NCBI GenBank assembly: GCA_965206695.1 | Contig: CBDBKM010000010.1 | Span: 192,001-256,000, forward strand | Direction: 5' to 3' | DNA: 64,000 bases | Source: Chlamydiales bacterium | Lineage (GTDB): Bacteria; Chlamydiota; Chlamydiia; Chlamydiales; JAAZZY01 | Shown here: piece after piece, positions 63,636 to 64,000 of the stretch | Layout of the letters: each line of letters begins with the position of its first letter | Numbering within the stretch: the stretch's first letter is position 1 | Program-made: the position numbers and the translations under genes | Notes under the pieces: model-generated | Told to the model about the DNA's origin: nothing | The model's input: the letters and a program-made list of their open reading frames with translations, nothing else | The model's database searches: none

Positions 63636-64000
63636 ACACTTTCATCCCACCCTTAAAAAGGTGGGTTTTCTCGTTTAATTGTCATAAAGAAGATGTCTCT
63701 ATTTCGGAAATTTCACATGATATTATTTTGGACAGGAAAGATGAAGCTTCTCCTCCGTCTTGCAAAAAACCTCGATCAGATAGAAACAAACCTCGTAAGC
63801 CTCACACTAAAGCAACCAGAAAGAAAATAGCTGAATCACTGACAGGTAGGAGCCGTCCTCAAAACGTCAAACATAACATATCTAAAGGAGTGAAAAAGAG
63901 TATTTTATCGCGCCGACCCGGCCCGCCCGGGAACATGTTTGCACAGCAAGGCAACCCAGCGGGGACCAAAAGCAAGACTAAGCCTAAAGAAACTCCTAAA

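Larger units (their letters stand above)
62018..63683 (-). mobile_element. IS200/IS605 element (1666 bp), divergent tnpA/tnpB
   Basis: Left flank TTAT, right end ...GTCAA, subterminal hairpins, no TSD. Confidence 0.93.
61939..64000 (+). pseudogene. Hypothetical basic protein with a NUMOD3-like motif, interrupted by IS605; runs off the window
   Basis: Joining 62017 to 63684 gives an uninterrupted frame from ATG 61939 to the window end. Confidence 0.7.

Noticed and set aside
1..64000. CRISPR array, rRNA or prophage structural genes
   Set aside because: No regularly spaced direct repeats, rRNA-like sequence or virion genes were seen by eye.

Overview
AT-rich bacterial chromosome segment. Its gene order (tatD, tolQRAB-pal-LysM; clpX-clpP-tig-tRNA-Gly / SWIM-SNF2-mreB-pckG; lptB-kdsA-KH-rluD-parC-parE-hemA) strongly suggests an environmental member of Chlamydiota; this is inferred from synteny, not from a search. 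The housekeeping backbone is heavily invaded by insertion sequences (IS30, IS701, IS982, IS630, IS5, IS1634, IS200/IS605-TnpB) and their miniature derivatives. Main observations: (1) an 8.2 kb composite transposon of two inverted IS1634 copies splits a pabA/trpG-type gene and is bounded by one 6-bp target duplication; (2) a TnpB-less, promoter-equipped omega-RNA-like element between tig and clpP shares end structures with a tnpB element in the transposon cargo; (3) two tandem membrane-anchored patatins have each lost a different residue of the Ser-Asp dyad, next to a Maf-MORN-Maf glycosyltransferase cluster and an orphan pseB; (4) ndk and def both carry an in-frame signal-peptide-like extension plus an internal start; (5) an IS605-type element sits in-frame inside an uncalled basic ORF with a NUMOD3-like motif. 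All calls come from reading motifs and aligning by eye; no database searches were run.
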